Assembly (NCBI GenBank): GCA_031459535.1 | Contig: JAVKIJ010000067.1 | Location: forward strand, 1 to 18,331 | Reading direction: 5' to 3' | DNA: 18,331 bases | DNA from: Candidatus Fervidifonticultor quintus | GTDB lineage: Bacteria > Sysuimicrobiota > Sysuimicrobiia > Sysuimicrobiales > Humicultoraceae | Shown here: piece after piece, positions 8,266 to 16,362 of the stretch | How positions within the stretch are numbered: position 1 is the first letter of the stretch | Layout of the letters: each line of letters starts with the position of its first letter | Notes under the pieces: model-generated | Seen by the model: only the letters and a program-made list of their open reading frames with translations | What the model was told of the DNA's origin: nothing | The model's database searches: none | Made by a program: the position numbers and the translations under genes

Positions 8266-8924
8266 GCCGCTTCGAGTTCCACTGGGATGCGGTCCTCCAG
8301 CGGTGGGACTGGCTGGCCACCGGGCTGCTCATGAATGTGTACATCAGTGCCTCCTCCATGATCCTCGCCCTGGTCATAGGCCTGGTGATCGCCGTTCTCC
8401 GGATGGCGCCGCTGCCGCTGGTCCCCCTGGCCGCCCAGATCTACATCAACGTCTTCCGGGCCATCCCGCTGTTCGTCTTCATCATCTGGCTGTACTACGG
8501 GCTGCCCATCCTCCTGGGGATCAACTTCCCCCCAGTCACCGCCGGGGTCATCTGTCTGTCCATGCAGTACGCCGGGTGGCTGGCCGAGATTTACCGGGCA
8601 GGCATCGGAGCCATCCCCCGGGGCCAGAGGGAGGCGGCCCTGTCCCTGGGGCTGACCCCTCTGCAGGCCTTTCGGGACGTGATCTTCCCCCAGGCTCTGC
8701 GCATCATCATCCCGCCCATCGGCAACAACTTCGTAGGGATGCTGAAGGACTCGTCCCTGGTAAGCATCATTGGCGTGTTCGAACTGGTGCGGCAGGCCAA
8801 CCTGGCCGTGTCGCTCACGTTCCGGCCGTTCGAGTTCTACACAGTGGTAGCGGTCATCTACATCATCCTCACCCAGGCCCTGTCCCACGGGGTGACCCGG
8901 CTCGAGCGGCGAATGCGCATCTGA
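8262..8924 (+). CDS. Polar amino-acid ABC transporter permease (His/Glu/Gln/Arg/opine family)
   Basis: Hydrophobic helices, [13 protein letters not shown] loop [37 protein letters not shown] overlap with the ATPase gene. Confidence 0.95.
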   Translation: MSRFEFHWDAVLQRWDWLATGLLMNVYISASSMILALVIGLVIAVLRMAPLPLVPLAAQIYINVFRAIPLFVFIIWLYYGLPILLGINFPPVTAGVICLSMQYAGWLAEIYRAGIGAIPRGQREAALSLGLTPLQAFRDVIFPQALRIIIPPIGNNFVGMLKDSSLVSIIGVFELVRQANLAVSLTFRPFEFYTVVAVIYIILTQALSHGVTRLERRMRI

Positions 8925-8984
8925 CCGGGAAGGGGGGTGAGCCGGACCATTTCGCGTGGCAGATCGTGCGGAGGAGGGAGAGCG

Positions 8985-9884
8985 ATGAGGACAGATCGGT
9001 ACCCGTCATCCGAGAGCGCGCGGCTGACCCGGCGCCGCCTGGTGTCGGCGGCCGCCCTGTCAGCTGGCGCCGCCGCCCTGTGGGGCGGTCCGGCGTCCCT
9101 GGTGAGTCCGCTCCCGGTGGCCGCTGCCCCGGCGCCTGGCGAATCTCTGCTGGACGTGGTGCGGCGCCGGGGCCGTCTGGTCGTCGGCATGACCCTGCAG
9201 TTCAAGCCCCAGATGTACCGGGACGAGCAGACCCGGGAACCCAGGGGGTACGACGTCGAGCTTCTCAACCAGATGGCCCGGGATCTGGGAGTGCGCCTGG
9301 ATATCCAGGACCAGGACTTTGCAGGCCTGATCCCGGCGCTGCTGGCCGGCAAGGTTGACCTGATCTCGGTCGGCCTGGTGGGTCGGCCGGAGCGCGCCAA
9401 GTCCATGTGGTTCTCCGATCCCTACGTCCCCTACCAGCAGGTACTGCTGGTGCAGTCCCGCAGCACCGCCCGCGACTTCCAGGAGTTCGATCGACCCGGC
9501 GTGCGGGTGACGGCCCTGACGGGGTCCACCGCCGCCGAGCTGGCCAAGCGCCTGTTTCCCAAGGCCACCGTGGTAGAGCTGGACCAGCAGCCGGCCATGC
9601 TGGAGGTGGCCGCCGGCCGGGCCGACGCCTGCGTGGTGGAGGCCTACCTGGCGATTCCATTCGTCAGGAACAATCCCACGACCAAGATCCTCAACCCCGA
9701 GCGGCCGTTCGCGCTGGAGTTCGGCGCCTACGCGCTGCCGCGGGGCGACGTCCACTGGTGGATGTGGATCAACGCCTGGCTGCGGTACTGGAAGGGCAAG
9801 GGGCTACTGCAAAAGCTGTACAATGACATCATCGGCCCGACCCTGGGCGCCGTGCCTGTCTACCGAGAGATCCCCCGGTACTGA
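8985..9884 (+). CDS. ABC transporter substrate-binding protein, family 3, with Tat-type signal
   Basis: [21 protein letters not shown] twin-arginine-like signal; [47 protein letters not shown] before ATG 8985. Confidence 0.9.
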   Translation: MRTDRYPSSESARLTRRRLVSAAALSAGAAALWGGPASLVSPLPVAAAPAPGESLLDVVRRRGRLVVGMTLQFKPQMYRDEQTREPRGYDVELLNQMARDLGVRLDIQDQDFAGLIPALLAGKVDLISVGLVGRPERAKSMWFSDPYVPYQQVLLVQSRSTARDFQEFDRPGVRVTALTGSTAAELAKRLFPKATVVELDQQPAMLEVAAGRADACVVEAYLAIPFVRNNPTTKILNPERPFALEFGAYALPRGDVHWWMWINAWLRYWKGKGLLQKLYNDIIGPTLGAVPVYREIPRY

Positions 9885-10642
9885 TGGCGGTGCGCCTGGT
9901 CGGGCAGGTGGCCATCGTCACCGGCGCGGGCCAGGGTATCGGGCGGGCCATCGCTCTGGCCCTGGCCCGGGAGGGAGCGTGGGTGGTGGCGGCCGACGTG
10001 CGCGCTGACGCCGTCGCCGCCACCGCCCGGGCCATCACCGACGCCGGGGGGCGGTCGTGGGCCGTGTCCACCGACGTGGCCCGACTGGACCAGTTGGCCG
10101 CCCTGGTGGAGCGGGCCAGGGAGCTGGGCGGGCCGGACATCCTGGTCAACAACGCTGGCATCGCCGAGGTGACTCCCTTCCTGGAGGTGACCGAGGAACA
10201 GTGGGATCGCCAGATGGCGGTCAACTTGAAGGCCGCCTTCTTCGGCTCGCAGTACGCGGCCCGGGCAATGGTCGTCCGGGGGCGCGGCGGGCGCATTGTG
10301 AATATCGCGAGTACCTCGGCGTTCGTGGCGTCCACCCGCCCCATGGTGCCCTATGACGTCAGCAAGGCCGGCGTGCGCATGCTCACCGCATCGATAGCGG
10401 TGCAGCTGGCGCCCTACGGGATAACAGTGAACGCGGTGGCGCCGGGCACCATCGACACACCCCTGACCCGGGCTGTGGTGGATTCGGTGCGCCTGGAACA
10501 GATCGCCCGAGAGCGGATTCCTCTTGGTCGCCTGGGTCGGCCCGAGGACGTGGCTGCCGCGGTGGTGTTCCTGTGTTCGGACGATGCCTCGTACATCACG
10601 GGACACACCCTGGTGGTGGACGGCGGCTGGCTGCTGCTGTGA
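9884..10642 (+). CDS. Short-chain dehydrogenase/reductase (classical SDR, likely NAD-dependent), paralog of 6743..7516
   Basis: [43 protein letters not shown] overlap with the upstream gene. Confidence 0.93.
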   Translation: MAVRLVGQVAIVTGAGQGIGRAIALALAREGAWVVAADVRADAVAATARAITDAGGRSWAVSTDVARLDQLAALVERARELGGPDILVNNAGIAEVTPFLEVTEEQWDRQMAVNLKAAFFGSQYAARAMVVRGRGGRIVNIASTSAFVASTRPMVPYDVSKAGVRMLTASIAVQLAPYGITVNAVAPGTIDTPLTRAVVDSVRLEQIARERIPLGRLGRPEDVAAAVVFLCSDDASYITGHTLVVDGGWLLL

Positions 10643-10651
10643 GGAACCTGT

Positions 10652-11701
10652 TCAGGTCAGGCGATCGACGAGCTCCATCCGTCCCTGCCGCACCCGCCAG
10701 AGAGTCACCTGAGGATCGACCCGGTCCCCGTAGCGGTTAAACCGGAGGCGACCGGTGACCCCGATCCGGTCGGTCTGTTTCACCTCCGCCAGTACCGCAG
10801 CCCGGTCGGCCTGTCCGACGGTCGCCAGTGCGGCCAGCAAGACTGTGACTGCATCGTAGACCTCCGCCCCGTAAGGAGGCGGAGCACCGAACCACTTTCG
10901 GCAGGCACGGGTGAAGGCCCGGCCCATCGGCCCCGCAGGAACACTCCCGGCATAGGTGTGGTAGGTTCCCTCTCCAGCCGGCCCGGCCAGCCGGGGGAAC
11001 AGCGAGCCCGCCCCGCCGTCAGTTCCCAGCACCCGTACCCCCACGCCGGCCGCCCGCAGGTCCCGCACAAGGGCGGAGCTGTCAATCTCGGTGAGGGCAC
11101 AGAACACCAGATCCGGCCGGAGGCGGCGGACACACTCCACGACCCGGGGATGGGCCCCGGCTCCCGGCACCAACCGCAGCGCGCCTCGCAGGTCGGCACC
11201 GACCGCGCGGACGGCAGAGGAGAACGCGCGGGCCAGGGGACGCCCGTAGCCTGTCCCGTCGTGCACTACGGCCAAGCGCCGGGCTCCCAGAATCTGGGTA
11301 GCCGCCCGAGCGGCGGCCAGCGCTTGCCTGCCGTCGTGGGCGCACAGGCGGAAAAACGTCCGGTAGCCTTGTCGGCTGAGGTCCGGCGCGGTGGCGGAGG
11401 GGGTCACCTGGACCACGTCCGCAGCGTTGTACACCGGCGCAGCGGCCGCCGATGGTCCGCTGTTCTTGTGCCCCACCACGCCGATCACCCGGGGATCCTG
11501 GGCAAACCGGCGGGCGACCTCTCGGGCCCAGGCCGGATCTGCCCGGTCATCGACGGCCTCCAGAGCCACCCGCCGGGACAGCCACCCGGCCCGGCGGGCG
11601 TCGATGAGGGCCATCTCGGCACAGCGGGCCATGGGCACGCCCACCACCGCCTGGTCCCCGGTCAGGGGGGCGGCGAACCCGATCCGCAGCACCGCAGCCA
11701 C
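10652..11701 (-). CDS. LivJ/LivK-fold (branched-chain amino-acid binding protein family) protein lacking a signal peptide
   Basis: LRIGFAAPLTG, DDRADP, VIGVVGHKNSG, VTPSATAPDL, FFRL, HDGTGYG, YDAV, GVTGRLRFNRYGD. Begins directly at the first beta-strand. Confidence 0.85.
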   Translation of the reverse strand: MAAVLRIGFAAPLTGDQAVVGVPMARCAEMALIDARRAGWLSRRVALEAVDDRADPAWAREVARRFAQDPRVIGVVGHKNSGPSAAAAPVYNAADVVQVTPSATAPDLSRQGYRTFFRLCAHDGRQALAAARAATQILGARRLAVVHDGTGYGRPLARAFSSAVRAVGADLRGALRLVPGAGAHPRVVECVRRLRPDLVFCALTEIDSSALVRDLRAAGVGVRVLGTDGGAGSLFPRLAGPAGEGTYHTYAGSVPAGPMGRAFTRACRKWFGAPPPYGAEVYDAVTVLLAALATVGQADRAAVLAEVKQTDRIGVTGRLRFNRYGDRVDPQVTLWRVRQGRMELVDRLT

Positions 11702-11703
11702 GG

Positions 11704-12384
11704 CTACCGAGGGGCAAACCGTTCGTCCAGACGGCGCACGACCAGCCGGACGAACAGGAGGATGGTGACCACGTACAGCCCTGTCGCCGCGGTGAAGAAC
11801 TCAAAGGGGCGGAAATAAAACCGCGTCAGCCGATCGGCCACCCGCATCACGTCATCCACACCCACCACGCCTACCAGGGCGGAGTCTTTCAGGACGTCCA
11901 CGAACAGGTTGGCCGCCGCCGGAACGATCACCGCCAGCGCCTGGGGGGCCACCACGTCCCGGTACATGTAAAACCTCGACAGGCCCAGGGCCCGCGCCGC
12001 ATCCAACTGCCCGCGCGGGACGGCGCGCAGACCGGCGCGGTAAATCTCCGCCATGTAGGCGCTGTGGAGCATGCCCAGGCAGATCACCGCAGCCACCACC
12101 GCCGACAGGGCCAGGCCGGTCACCATGGCCACACCGAAGTAGACCCACAGGATGAACACGTACAGAGACGTCCCCCGGAACAGCTGAATGTACGCCACGG
12201 CCGGAACCCACAACCAGGCCGACCGCGCCTGGCGCAGGGCGGCCACCACCAGTCCCAGGGCCAGGGCCAGGGCCATTGACGCCGCCGCCACGGCCACAGC
12301 CACCGTCAGGCCGCGCAGCAGCAGCGAACCGCTGGCCAGCACCAGATCAATCCGGACGCCTCCCGCCACCGCGTCGTGCCTCAC
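11704..12384 (-). CDS. Polar amino-acid ABC transporter permease
   Basis: YIQLFRGTSL, SAYMAEIYRAGLRAVPRGQLDAARALG, PQAL, LKDSAL; GTGA overlap with the upstream permease. Confidence 0.92.
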   Translation of the reverse strand: MRHDAVAGGVRIDLVLASGSLLLRGLTVAVAVAAASMALALALGLVVAALRQARSAWLWVPAVAYIQLFRGTSLYVFILWVYFGVAMVTGLALSAVVAAVICLGMLHSAYMAEIYRAGLRAVPRGQLDAARALGLSRFYMYRDVVAPQALAVIVPAAANLFVDVLKDSALVGVVGVDDVMRVADRLTRFYFRPFEFFTAATGLYVVTILLFVRLVVRRLDERFAPR

Positions 12385-13040
12385 GACCCGGCGCGCAGCC
12401 GGCGGTCCAGCAGCGCCACCCCGCCGGCCACCATCACCGTGCTGCCCACCAAAATGACGCCGGCCACCGTGTAGAACTCAAACGGCTTGAAGTACCGCAA
12501 CGACGCCCAGTTGGCGAAGAACATCAGATCCGGCACTCCCACCACGGACACGATCGCGGCTCCCTTGAGGACCCCAACAAACTGATTGGCGGCGGCCGGA
12601 AGAATGACGCGCACCGCCTGGGGCAGGACCACATCCCGGTACACGGCGATGGTCGATAATCCCAGCGCCCGCGCCGCCTCCACCTGGCCGCGGCCGACCG
12701 CTCGCAGGCCGGCACGGTAGATTTCGGCCATATAGGCGGCGGTGATCGACCCCAGGGCCACGCAGCCGGCGGTCACAGGACCCAGGCTCACGCCGGCCGC
12801 TACCGACAGCCCGTAGTACAGCCACAGCAGAAACGCATACAGGGGAACGGCCCGCATCACCTGCACGTAGGCGCGGGCCGCCGCACCCACCACCCGTGCC
12901 CGCTGCGCCAGGCACAGGGCGAGGCCGAGGGCCGCGGCCAGGGCCATGGAGGCCACAGCCACCCAGTAGGTCAGCGCCGCGCCGATGGCGAGCGCGTGCC
13001 AGTGGCGAGCCACCAAGTACCACTCGAACTGGTACGGCAC
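12381..13040 (-). CDS. Polar amino-acid ABC transporter permease
   Basis: YVQVMRAVPL, AAYMAEIYRAGLRAVGRGQVEAARALG, PQAV; GGGGAGAGG upstream of the GTG. Confidence 0.92.
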   Translation of the reverse strand: MPYQFEWYLVARHWHALAIGAALTYWVAVASMALAAALGLALCLAQRARVVGAAARAYVQVMRAVPLYAFLLWLYYGLSVAAGVSLGPVTAGCVALGSITAAYMAEIYRAGLRAVGRGQVEAARALGLSTIAVYRDVVLPQAVRVILPAAANQFVGVLKGAAIVSVVGVPDLMFFANWASLRYFKPFEFYTVAGVILVGSTVMVAGGVALLDRRLRAGS

Positions 13041-13067
13041 CCGGCCTCTCCCCCGACATGCCGACCG

Positions 13068-13928
13068 TCAGCGCGGCCGGCTGTACTGCCGGACTTTGGC
13101 CAGGAACTCCCCCAGCCACTTCTTCCACAGACCTTCGGGGAGACGGTGGGCTCCATGATAGCGGAACCAGTTGGCCAGCCAGTAAGCTGTCTTCTCGTCT
13201 CCTGCCGGCAGCATCACGGCGTTGACATCATGGATCACTGATCCGCCCTCCCAGATGCGCACGTTGCGGTTCTGCTCGGCGAAGGGTACCGCTACCCAGG
13301 CCGCCACCAGGCAGGCCTGGGCGCGACCGGAGGCCACTTCGAGCATCGCCTCCTGCTGCTGCAACGGCTTGAACCTCGCTCGGGGCCACAGCAGCCGCGC
13401 CGTGGCGTCCTGGGCCGACCCCACCAGGTTGCTGATGGTCACCGTGGGTTTGTTGAGGTCGTCCAGACTCTTGAGGGTGAAGTCCCGTGGGATGAGCAGA
13501 ACCGAGTCCTCGGTGAACAGGGGCTCGTCCACAAAGCGGACCGACTTGGCCCGCTCCGGAGTGATGGTCAGCCCGATGCCGCTCCAGTCGAAGCGCCCGG
13601 CCAGCATCGCGGGAATGAGTTGGGCGAAAGGCAGCTCTACCCACTCGATCTGGACGCCCAGGTCCTTGGCGATGGCTTTGCTGATCTCAACGCAGTACCC
13701 CGTGGGCTCTTGGGTCTTGGGGTCCCGGAACTGCAGTGGGGGAAACGTCAGATCCACTCCCAGACGGACCCTGCCGGCACGCACCACCCGGTCGATGATG
13801 GCCCCCCCGGCCGGGGCCGCCTGGGCCACTCCGGGGGGTGAGGCCAAAGTACTCACCACACTCCCCAGCCCCGCCGCGCTCGCCCCGGCGACGGCGGCGG
13901 CTGTTTTGAGGAACTCTCGCCGCCTCAT
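13068..13928 (-). CDS. ABC transporter substrate-binding protein, family 3, with Tat signal
   Basis: MRRREFLK canonical Tat motif; FPPLQF, GYCVEI, FAQLIPAMLAGRFD, GLTITPERAK; strong GAGGAGGTGA RBS. Confidence 0.92.
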   Translation of the reverse strand: MRRREFLKTAAAVAGASAAGLGSVVSTLASPPGVAQAAPAGGAIIDRVVRAGRVRLGVDLTFPPLQFRDPKTQEPTGYCVEISKAIAKDLGVQIEWVELPFAQLIPAMLAGRFDWSGIGLTITPERAKSVRFVDEPLFTEDSVLLIPRDFTLKSLDDLNKPTVTISNLVGSAQDATARLLWPRARFKPLQQQEAMLEVASGRAQACLVAAWVAVPFAEQNRNVRIWEGGSVIHDVNAVMLPAGDEKTAYWLANWFRYHGAHRLPEGLWKKWLGEFLAKVRQYSRPR

Positions 13929-13981
13929 GGGTCACCTCCTCAACAGTGTAGACTCCGCCGGGCCGGGGCTGGGGGCCCTCC

Positions 13982-14764
13982 TCACCTCCCCTCAGGCGTC
14001 GGATCCGACGGGTTCCCCCGGATCCGGCGTACTAAGGTCCGGCATGCGTCAGCGAAGATCAGGTCGGTGTTGGACACGGTCACCATCTGGACTCCCCGGG
14101 TCAACCAGGGCCGCGCCTGCTCGGGGGTGGGCATCCACAGGCCGACCGCTACCCCGTGGCGGCGGGCGCGGGCCACGATCTCCCCCACCCGCTCCAGCAG
14201 GGCAGGATGGTCCAGGATGCCGGGGACACCCGTCGATGCCGCCAGGTCGAACGTTCCGATGAACACCACGCCCACGCCATCCACCCGAAGAATGTCGTCC
14301 AGCCGGGCGAGTCCTTCTGCCCCCTCCACCTGCACCACGAGCACGGTGGACCGGGAAGCACGGTCCACATACTCGCGCCACGGGAGGAATCCATAGCGAG
14401 CGGCGCGAACGGTGGGGGCGCCGCTCCGGACTCCGCGGGGCGGGAAGCACACGGCTCGCACAGCCCGGCGCGCCTCCTCGGCGGTGTCGACGTGGGGAAC
14501 CACGACACCCTGCGCCCCGAAGTCCAACGCCTTGGCGATCGGAGCCGGCGCCAGGTCCTGTACCCGAATCAACGCCGCCAAGCCGGCCGCGTCGGCAGCC
14601 CGCACCAGGGATTCGGCCGCCTCCACGCCATAGCTGCCGTGCTCGGTATCCAGGACCACAAAGTCGAATCCGGCGGCGGCCAGCATCTCCACCTGGGAGG
14701 GGCAGGGGCCCATGAGCCAGGTCCCCACCACCGTCCGGCCCGCCCGCAGGTCCTCAGCCAGCAT
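13982..14764 (-). CDS. HpcH/HpaI-family class II aldolase
   Basis: GTW, AGFDFVVLDTEHG (His), LIRV (Arg), KALDFGAQGVVVPHVDTAEEA, FPPRGVR, QVE (metal Glu), FIGTFDLA (metal Asp). Confidence 0.92.
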   Translation of the reverse strand: MLAEDLRAGRTVVGTWLMGPCPSQVEMLAAAGFDFVVLDTEHGSYGVEAAESLVRAADAAGLAALIRVQDLAPAPIAKALDFGAQGVVVPHVDTAEEARRAVRAVCFPPRGVRSGAPTVRAARYGFLPWREYVDRASRSTVLVVQVEGAEGLARLDDILRVDGVGVVFIGTFDLAASTGVPGILDHPALLERVGEIVARARRHGVAVGLWMPTPEQARPWLTRGVQMVTVSNTDLIFADACRTLVRRIRGNPSDPTPEGR

Positions 14765-14770
14765 CGCCCG

Positions 14771-15001
14771 TCAAGTTCCTTCCGGGGTAGCGGAATCTAG
14801 GACCACCAGGACGTCGCCCGCCTGCACCAGGTCCCCCGGCTGCCGGCGGATCTCCGTCACCACTCCGTCGAAGGCGCTGTCGACGGCAATCTCCATTTTC
14901 ATGGACTCCAACACCACCACCGGCATGCTGGCTCGCACCCACTCCCCGGGAGAAACGAGGACTCGCAGCACAGTGCCGGTGAGAGGAGCGCGGATCTCCA
15001 T
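14771..15001 (-). CDS. Biotin carboxyl carrier protein (stand-alone biotinyl domain, 76 aa)
   Basis: MEIRAPLTGTVLRVLVSPG...VVLESMKMEI...GDLVQAGDVL with the biotinylation motif ESMKM. ATG 15001 is 5 nt after the biotin carboxylase stop; the ORF-track start 15349 lies inside that gene. Confidence 0.92.
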   Translation of the reverse strand: MEIRAPLTGTVLRVLVSPGEWVRASMPVVVLESMKMEIAVDSAFDGVVTEIRRQPGDLVQAGDVLVVLDSATPEGT

Positions 15002-15006
15002 GAGCC

Positions 15007-16359
15007 TCAGGCGGGAGACCGGGCGGCTGTCGATGCCAAAAACTCGGTGTGGTAGCGCCCGGCGGCGAACTCCGGGTGCGCTAGCACCCGCAGATGCACC
15101 GGGATGTTGGTCAGCACACCTTCGATGCGGTAACCCCGCAGGGCCTGGGTCATCCGGGCGATGGCCGCCGGGCGGTCCGGGGCCCATACCACCACCTTGG
15201 CCAGCAGCGAGTCGTAGTAGGGAGTCACGGACGTCCCCAGTTCCACTCCCGAGTCCACCCGGACGTGGGGTCCCGACGGCTCCTGGTAGCCGGTGATAGA
15301 GCCGGGGGACGGGTAGAAGGTAACCGGGTCTTCGGCGCACACCCGGCACTGCAGGGCGTGCCCCCGGGGCTGGATGTCCTCCTGCGCCAAGGCGAGGGGT
15401 TCGCCGGCGGCTAACCGGATCTGCAACTGCACGAGGTCCACCCCCGTGCGCATCTCGGTCACCGGGTGTTCCACCTGGATGCGGGTGTTCATCTCCAGGA
15501 AGTAAAACCGACCGTCGTGATCCAGCAGAAATTCCACGGTGCCGGCACTGTGGTAGCCGACCGCCTGACCCGCCCGCAGGGCGGCCGCCGTCAGGGTGGC
15601 CCGGGTGACCTCATCGAGGGCTGGGGAGGGTGACTCCTCGAGGATCTTCTGGTGCCGGCGCTGGATGGAGCACTCGCGCTCATACAGGTGGACCAGCCGC
15701 CCGTACCGGTCACCCAGCAGCTGCACCTCCACGTGCCGGGGGCGGTCCAGCAGACGCTCCACGTACAGGCTAGCGTTGCCAAAGGTCTGGCGGGCCCGAC
15801 GCGCGGCCACTTCGAGGGCCGCGGGCAATTCGCGCAGATCGGCCACTCGGACCATACCGATCCCGCCGCCGCCTCCGGCCGCCTTGATGAGCACGGGGAA
15901 CCCCACCGCCGCGGCGGCCTCGACCGCCCGCTCCGTGTCGTCGGGCAGGTAGTCGAGAGACCCGGGGACCACAGGAATCCCGGCCTGATGCATCAGGCGG
16001 CGGGCGCGGACCTTATCGCCCATGGCGGCGATGACCTCGGCTGGCGGACCGATGAACACCACGCCAGCCGCCACACAGCGCCGCGCGAATTCGGCCTGCT
16101 CGGCCAGAAAGCCGTAGCCTGGGTGGATCGCGTCACATCCCGTTTCGCAGGCCGCCCGGAGGATCGCGTCGGTGTGGAGATAGGAGCGGACTGCCGGCGG
16201 CGGCCCCACCCGCACGGCCCGATCGGCCTCCCGGACATGGGGCGCATCGGCGTCGGCGTCCGAGAACACGGCCACCGTTTCCACGCCCAGCGCCCGGCAA
16301 GCGCGGATGATCCGCCGGGCGATTTCTCCCCGGTTGGCGACCAGAACCCGTGAGAACAT
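15007..16359 (-). CDS. Biotin carboxylase subunit of an acyl-CoA carboxylase
   Basis: VLVANRGEIA, IHPGYGFLAE, MGDK, KAAGGGGGIGM, ERECSIQRRHQK, EMNTRIQVEHPVTE, YYDSLLAK; no fused biotinyl domain. Confidence 0.95.
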   Translation of the reverse strand: MFSRVLVANRGEIARRIIRACRALGVETVAVFSDADADAPHVREADRAVRVGPPPAVRSYLHTDAILRAACETGCDAIHPGYGFLAEQAEFARRCVAAGVVFIGPPAEVIAAMGDKVRARRLMHQAGIPVVPGSLDYLPDDTERAVEAAAAVGFPVLIKAAGGGGGIGMVRVADLRELPAALEVAARRARQTFGNASLYVERLLDRPRHVEVQLLGDRYGRLVHLYERECSIQRRHQKILEESPSPALDEVTRATLTAAALRAGQAVGYHSAGTVEFLLDHDGRFYFLEMNTRIQVEHPVTEMRTGVDLVQLQIRLAAGEPLALAQEDIQPRGHALQCRVCAEDPVTFYPSPGSITGYQEPSGPHVRVDSGVELGTSVTPYYDSLLAKVVVWAPDRPAAIARMTQALRGYRIEGVLTNIPVHLRVLAHPEFAAGRYHTEFLASTAARSPA

Positions 16360-16362
16360 GGC

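Noticed and set aside
11699..11706. Identical TAGCCGTG stop-start junction here and at 7514..7521; possible permease-LivJ readthrough fusion
   Set aside because: The genes are out of frame, no slippery sequence is evident, and a short junction match is explained by translational coupling or chance.
13929..13981. TACACT just upstream of the RBS of the second Tat SBP as an internal promoter
   Set aside because: No -35 or extended -10 element and no operator box; insufficient support.
15002..15349. Apparent long N-terminal extension on the BCCP
   Set aside because: It overlaps the biotin carboxylase in another frame; the biotinyl domain starts at ATG 15001.
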